Source: Acidobacteriota bacterium (lineage in GTDB: Bacteria; Acidobacteriota; UBA6911). Taken from it: a stretch of 64,000 bases of DNA. Below the pieces are notes generated by a model. That model was not told the origin of the DNA, did not search any database, and saw only the letters and a program-made list of their open reading frames with translations. The stretch is from positions 5,344,001 through 5,408,000 of the forward strand of contig OY761556.1 of NCBI GenBank assembly GCA_963664705.1, read 5' to 3'. Numbering within the stretch: the first letter of the stretch is position 1; every line of letters begins with the position of its first letter. A program made the translations under genes and the position numbers. This document shows positions 59,075 to 64,000 of the stretch, piece after piece.

Positions 59075-59533
59075 TCATGACTGCGTGCCTGCGCGCATAT
59101 CTGGAATATTTAGCTCGACGAGCGATGGGGGGAGGGGATGCGTCATTTGTGCCAGCGTAATTTTTTCTAGTGCGGAGTGAATTGCCTGATTGATGAGATG
59201 CCAATTGGTCTGAATCGGGCAATCTCCCTGCAGTCCACAGTCCCTTTTCGTATCCGAACATTGGGTAATGGCAATCGGTCCTTCCAGTGCACGAATTATC
59301 GAGGCTACGGTTATCTGCTCAGGGCGGCGAGCCAATCCATACCCGCCCTTAATTCCCCTTTGTGAAATCAGCAAGCCCGATCGACTCAGTAGTTTAAGTA
59401 CTTTACTTGCTATGGGTAATGGTAATCGTGCTACTCCGGCTATTCCTTTGGCTGTATATGTGTTCTCCGGGTTGGCTGCAAAATGCGTCAGCATAACAAT
59501 CCCATAATCTGCAAGTTTCGTTACTCGAAGCAT
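59075..59533 (-). CDS. Rrf2-family SUF regulator
   Basis: KLADYG, SQRGIKGGY, LEGP..C..C..C (three Cys). First gene of the suf operon. Confidence 0.9.
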   Translation of the reverse strand: MLRVTKLADYGIVMLTHFAANPENTYTAKGIAGVARLPLPIASKVLKLLSRSGLLISQRGIKGGYGLARRPEQITVASIIRALEGPIAITQCSDTKRDCGLQGDCPIQTNWHLINQAIHSALEKITLAQMTHPLPPSLVELNIPDMRAGTQS

Positions 59534-59565
59534 CGTATCCTTTCAGGGATGAAGTGCCGTAAACA

Positions 59566-59580
59566 GTACCAAAATGGTCC
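59566..59580. promoter_or_regulatory. Candidate Rrf2/SUF-regulator operator GTACCAAAATGGTCC
   Basis: Imperfect palindrome about 35 bp upstream of the Rrf2 start. Assignment is inference. Confidence 0.4.
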
Positions 59581-59739
59581 AAAATCAAAATAATACTGCA
59601 TCGGCTAGTTGTCAATGAGGGCATTCGACCTGGCTTACAGAAGTGAGCGTGGTGATAACTCTTGCTTTTTTCGCTAGCAGTTTCTATGATTTATGCTTTT
59701 GTTATTCAGTCTGAAGAAGATAGTGGAGAGATTCGCATA

Positions 59740-59886
59740 ATGAAAGGCAAAAGAACGTTTCAACCCAACAACGATAAGCGCAAGAAGGTACACGGCTTCA
59801 GAGAGCGGATGGCTACCAAGGGCGGCCGTCTGGTTCTTAAAAGAAGGCGCGCCAAAGGGCGTAAAAGGCTGACGGTGAGTGGTTAA
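59740..59886 (+). CDS. rpmH: 50S ribosomal protein L34
   Basis: [36 protein letters not shown]. Confidence 0.97.
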   Translation: MKGKRTFQPNNDKRKKVHGFRERMATKGGRLVLKRRRAKGRKRLTVSG

Positions 59887-60232
59887 TACGACCTCCGAGC
59901 AGTTTCCTCACAGAGTCCGAATTGTACGATCGGCGGACTATCGCATGCTATATCGGGAAGGCCGGCGGATCCAATCCGCAAGATTCGTTCTGTTCGGCCT
60001 CAGGAACAAAGTCGGTCATCATAGACTTGGACTGACAGTATCGAGAAAAGTAGGCGGGGCGGTGGTCCGGAATAGAATCAAGCGTCTTTTCCGGGAGATT
60101 TTTCGAAAATCTGCCCACGAAATCCCGAGCCAGTACGACATTGTAGTAAACGCAAGATCTGGCTGCGCCGGAGCCAGCTATGTTGAGTTGTGTGAAGAAT
60201 TCATTAGCACGGCGCGCCGGTTTTCAGGTTAA
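59879..60232 (+). CDS. rnpA: RNase P protein component
   Basis: [21 protein letters not shown]. Start uncertain. Confidence 0.95.
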   Translation: MVNTTSEQFPHRVRIVRSADYRMLYREGRRIQSARFVLFGLRNKVGHHRLGLTVSRKVGGAVVRNRIKRLFREIFRKSAHEIPSQYDIVVNARSGCAGASYVELCEEFISTARRFSG

Positions 60233-60252
60233 GCGTCTCTGGGTAAAGAGAG

Positions 60253-60498
60253 ATGATTTCTGCTCTTGTCAGCCCGGTGTGCGAGAAATGCAGAGCTTTT
60301 GCTCTGTTCTTACTGCAGTGCTATAAGCGTTACATATCACCTTGCCTCCCCCATGCCTGTCGTTTTGAGCCGACCTGTTCGGTCTATATGTATGAAGCGA
60401 TCCGGAAATGGGGGTTGTGGAAGGGGTTTTTGCTAGGACTGAAACGACTGCTTAGATGTCACCCATTTTGCCAGGGGGGGATTGATCCGGTCCCTTAA
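60253..60498 (+). CDS. yidD: Membrane protein insertion efficiency factor
   Basis: [29 protein letters not shown]. Confidence 0.95.
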   Translation: MISALVSPVCEKCRAFALFLLQCYKRYISPCLPHACRFEPTCSVYMYEAIRKWGLWKGFLLGLKRLLRCHPFCQGGIDPVP

Positions 60499-60507
60499 GT
60501 CATTATT

Positions 60508-62190
60508 ATGGAAAAAAATACAATACTTGCTGTAGCGCTATCGGTTTTGGTTTTCATTGGTTTTCAGTGGTACCAGCAAAAATATATGACACCGGAGCCG
60601 GGCACGAGGAGTACGCAGGGTGCGGCATCGGCAGGTGAAAAGAAGACATCGGCTGCAAATCCAACCCCCGCAAGCGCGGTGGAGGCTGCGCCGGTTAAAT
60701 TGGCTGCTCCCGGGTCATTGGATACCAGCGCGACGGCTCAATCAGTTGTGATCGAAAGTGATCTATACCGCGCCACCATCGACAATAGGGGCGCTGTTCT
60801 CAGCGGATGGGAATTAAAAAAATATAAGTCGGCGCAAGGAAGCGTTTTCCAGATGATTGCGACCGCGCACGATGCGGGTATGCGATCATTTCCCAGCACG
60901 CTTCTTTTCCCGGATCAAAGCATTTCTGCGCTGGCTAACAATGAATACTACGAGGTTTCTGTTGAGCATAATAGCGGTTCGAGCACGAAGATCGTGCCTC
61001 CGGCATCGGTTGTGTTCAAGCTGCGTAGGGGTGATGTAACCGTCGAGAAGAGATATCGCTTCGAAAAGGATAATTACCTCCTCGATATCAGCGCAAGCGC
61101 CGAAAAGGGCGGCAAGGCTTTAAACGGCCAATTCATTCTTGGACAAGATCTGGGTCCTGAGCTCGAGCATCTGGATAGCTCCATTAAATTGGAGGCTGTT
61201 TACTACTCCGGGGATAAGGTCAAGCGCGAAAGTGCTCCTAAGGACGAGGGCGAAAGGAGCATCGGACAGGATGTGCGCTGGGTTGGTCTCGACATGCACT
61301 ATTTTTCGATGATCGCCATCCCTGCACGACCGCTCGAAAGCTTCAGCATCAAGAAGAGATCTGTTCAAGCCGAGGGGCTTGATGGCAAAAAGGTGGATCG
61401 AGACCTGCTGCGCGTGGGTCTGCCAATAGCTGGAACACTTGAGGCTCAGATATACCTTGGTCCGAAAAAGCAATCTGATCTCAAGGCGGTAAAGGCGGCG
61501 GATATAACGGGTGTTATCAACTACGGAATGTTTACGATTCTTGTGCTTCCGTTGCTGTCTTCACTCCGATGGATCTACCAATTCGCCAATAACTATGGAT
61601 ATGCAATCATCATCCTGACACTGCTCCTGTCGATCCTGCTCTTCCCTTTCAGGCTGAAGCAGATGCTCTCGATGAAGAAGATGCAGGTTGTGCAACCCAA
61701 GGTCAAAGTCATTCAGGAAAAGTATAAGAGATACAAGAAGACGGATCCCAAGCGTGCGGAGATGAACCAGGAAATCATGGCGCTGTACAAGGAGCATAAC
61801 GTCAATCCGCTTGGCGGTTGTCTCCCTTTGCTGCTACAGTTCCCGCTTCTGCTTGCCTTTTATTCGCTACTGGCCAACTCAATCGAGCTTCGGCAGGCCC
61901 CTTTTATCTGGTGGCTCCACGACCTTTCGGGAAAGGATCCCTATTATGTTCTGCCCATCGTTATGGGGATTACCATGTTCATCTCGCAAAAGATGACCCC
62001 GATGGCGCCAGGCAGCGACCCGGCGCAGGCGAAGATGATGATGATCATGCCGGTGATCTTTACGTTCATGTTTCTCAACGTTTCGAGCGGCTTGAACCTA
62101 TATTTTCTGTGCAGTAATATCTTCCAGGTCGGTTTCCAGAAAATCGCAGAAAAATTTATGGGAAATGGGAGAACCGCCGATGCCACATAA
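60508..62190 (+). CDS. yidC: Membrane protein insertase YidC
   Basis: NYGYAIIILT, VNPLGGCLP, ELRQAPF.WW..DLS.KDP. Confidence 0.97.
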   Translation: MEKNTILAVALSVLVFIGFQWYQQKYMTPEPGTRSTQGAASAGEKKTSAANPTPASAVEAAPVKLAAPGSLDTSATAQSVVIESDLYRATIDNRGAVLSGWELKKYKSAQGSVFQMIATAHDAGMRSFPSTLLFPDQSISALANNEYYEVSVEHNSGSSTKIVPPASVVFKLRRGDVTVEKRYRFEKDNYLLDISASAEKGGKALNGQFILGQDLGPELEHLDSSIKLEAVYYSGDKVKRESAPKDEGERSIGQDVRWVGLDMHYFSMIAIPARPLESFSIKKRSVQAEGLDGKKVDRDLLRVGLPIAGTLEAQIYLGPKKQSDLKAVKAADITGVINYGMFTILVLPLLSSLRWIYQFANNYGYAIIILTLLLSILLFPFRLKQMLSMKKMQVVQPKVKVIQEKYKRYKKTDPKRAEMNQEIMALYKEHNVNPLGGCLPLLLQFPLLLAFYSLLANSIELRQAPFIWWLHDLSGKDPYYVLPIVMGITMFISQKMTPMAPGSDPAQAKMMMIMPVIFTFMFLNVSSGLNLYFLCSNIFQVGFQKIAEKFMGNGRTADAT

Positions 62191-62650
62191 TCCTGATGTT
62201 CCTGAGTACTCACTCGAAGATATTGCGGCATTTTGTGAAGAAATGGTCGAGCATCTCGGACTCACTCTTGACGTTGATGTTGTTAAAGAGGGAGACGCGG
62301 TTTGCGTTAATCTGCGCGGTGAGGATCGCCCATTTTTGCTCTCCAGCTCAGCCTCGCTTCTCAATGCCACCGAATACCTTTTAAATAAGGTATTTCATAT
62401 GGGAAAGGAGGAGGCGCCCGGTATTATTGTAGATTCGGATAAATATCGCCAGCATCGGGAAGCTGAGCTTGTTTTGCTTGCGCAAATGGCTTCCCAAAAG
62501 GTTCTTTCTTCGCGAAGGCCTTTAAATCTTCAGGCTATGGTCCCCAGGGAGCGAAGAATCGTACATCTTGCGCTTTCGAGCATTGAGGGCGTACGCTCAC
62601 AAAGCGAAGGTGAGGGCGATAACCGCAGCATTACGATATATCCCTCATAA
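62180..62650 (+). CDS. jag: Jag/KhpB-like RNA-binding protein (degenerate KH + R3H; no Jag_N domain)
   Basis: VDSDKYR..RE.EL, M.PRERRIVH, SQSEGEG..R; position after yidC. Confidence 0.85.
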   Translation: MPHNPDVPEYSLEDIAAFCEEMVEHLGLTLDVDVVKEGDAVCVNLRGEDRPFLLSSSASLLNATEYLLNKVFHMGKEEAPGIIVDSDKYRQHREAELVLLAQMASQKVLSSRRPLNLQAMVPRERRIVHLALSSIEGVRSQSEGEGDNRSITIYPS

Positions 62651-62721
62651 GCTAATGCGCCGGGAATGCCGCCTCCCGGCGGCTCAAGAATGGATCTAGT
62701 GCCGGCGCCCCTGCGATTGGC

Positions 62722-64000
62722 ATGAAAGATATCACGGACACAATATGTGCGCTTGCAACGCCGGCCGGACGTTCCGGAATTGCGGTCGTTCGTTTAAGCG
62801 GTCCGAATGCTTTTGCAATTTTGGAAGGCATATTTACTCCCTCTATAAAAGTTGCCAATTCTGTTCCTGGAACAGCGGTCCTCGGAAAAATTCTTAATCC
62901 GCAGAATAATTGCGAAATCGATGAGGCGATGGTTACGCGTTTTCGTTCCCCGCGATCCTACACTGGCGAGGATATGGGGGAGATTTCCTTGCACGGGAAT
63001 CTTGTGCTGGTAGCGGCTTTGATTGAGAGTATTTGCTCCCTTGGGGCAAGGCTTGCGGAGCCGGGCGAATTTACCATGCGTGCTTTTCTTCACGGCAAGA
63101 TCGATCTGGCGCAGGCAGAGGCTGTACGCGACGTTATCGATTCGACAACGCTTTATCAGGCGCAGGTAGCGGGAAGGCAGCGGGCTGGAATCGTCGGCCA
63201 AGGGATTCGGCCTGTCAAAGAGCAGCTTGTCAATATACTGGTTCAGCTCGAATCCGCCATTGAATTTGGTGAGGAAGATATTGAACTCCAAGGGAGAGTG
63301 GAGATTGATCGAAAGCTTGAGGGCATACGGGAAACGTTGATGAATTGGATCGAATCTTTCCGGCGAGGTCGACTTATCCGTGAGGGGATAAGCCTGGCAA
63401 TCGTAGGAGGTCCAAACGTAGGGAAAAGCAGTCTGTTTAATGCGCTGCTTGCACAGCAGAGAGCGATTGTGACGGATATTCCAGGAACCACGCGTGATCT
63501 CATATCCGAAAGCTTGAATATGAATGGAATTCCTGTGAGGCTTCAGGACACCGCTGGGATACGCGAGTCCGTAAACCCTGTCGAGCAAATCGGAATTGAG
63601 CGCAGCCGTCAGGCAATGGTCGATTCGGATGCTTTGATCGTGGTTGGGGATGTCAGCCGGCCGTTGTCGCGCAAGGATCTGGAAATAGGGGAGCAATTGG
63701 ATGGGCTGCGATATATCGTGGTTTTAAACAAATGCGATCTTGAGACGAAATGGACGGAAACAGATAAGCGGGCGTTTGGAGGTTATGGCAAGTCGATTGA
63801 GGTGTCCTGCAAAAGTGGACTGGGAATCCAGGCCTTGCGGGATTTAGTCTTTGAAGAAATTATGGGCCCAAAAGGGATTGAAAGTGATGGAATGATGATC
63901 ACGAATATCCGCCACTGCCGCGCGCTTGAGGCGGCGCGAGCGGAGATAGGTCACGCGGTTCTTGCGCTGCGTGAAGGATTATCCGAGGAATTCGCACTTT
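62722..64000 (+). CDS. mnmE: tRNA modification GTPase MnmE (partial, runs off window)
   Basis: Hand translation: DTICALATPAGRSGIAVVRLSG, SYTGED, AEPGEFTMRAF, DLAQAEAV, GGPNVGKSSL, PGTTRD, DTAGIR, NKCD. Confidence 0.97.
   Translation, partial: MKDITDTICALATPAGRSGIAVVRLSGPNAFAILEGIFTPSIKVANSVPGTAVLGKILNPQNNCEIDEAMVTRFRSPRSYTGEDMGEISLHGNLVLVAALIESICSLGARLAEPGEFTMRAFLHGKIDLAQAEAVRDVIDSTTLYQAQVAGRQRAGIVGQGIRPVKEQLVNILVQLESAIEFGEEDIELQGRVEIDRKLEGIRETLMNWIESFRRGRLIREGISLAIVGGPNVGKSSLFNALLAQQRAIVTDIPGTTRDLISESLNMNGIPVRLQDTAGIRESVNPVEQIGIERSRQAMVDSDALIVVGDVSRPLSRKDLEIGEQLDGLRYIVVLNKCDLETKWTETDKRAFGGYGKSIEVSCKSGLGIQALRDLVFEEIMGPKGIESDGMMITNIRHCRALEAARAEIGHAVLALREGLSEEFAL

Noticed and set aside
59534-59739. 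oriC upstream of rpmH
   Set aside because: No dnaA gene, DnaA-box cluster or AT-rich unwinding repeats seen.

Overview
Gene-dense bacterial chromosomal window. The gene content (paired stand-alone MacB-type permeases, CtpA-MltD, SUF operon) suggests Acidobacteriota, which is an inference. From left to right it holds: a phytase-like gene (cut by the edge); an uncharacterised nucleotidyltransferase-fold gene; ahcY with its divergent SahR-type regulator and a matching operator; a ~16 kb glycan-modification island (4755-20665); squalene synthase, DinB and Nudix genes; a Cache/HAMP histidine kinase with an Rcp1-like response regulator; tex, patatin, tatD and rnhA; an sdhA-C-D-B operon; aminotransferase, OmpA, SOD, dusB, tatAC, ctpA, mltD and two ABC permeases; an orphan hisF; a B12 radical SAM; iorAB-like molybdoenzyme genes; DUF374; a complete Rrf2-sufBCDSUT operon; and rpmH-rnpA-yidD-yidC-jag-mnmE (cut by the edge). 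The most interesting feature is the island. It encodes a wHTH regulator, a double-NHL-propeller protein, five GT9-like glycosyltransferases, an FkbM-like methyltransferase, a radical SAM/twitch enzyme and a convergent TPR-GT41. One small Rossmann-like module recurs about seven times across six of these proteins, including the regulator. No rRNA, tRNA, CRISPR array or transposase was recognised. All family calls come from motif recognition by eye, not database searches.
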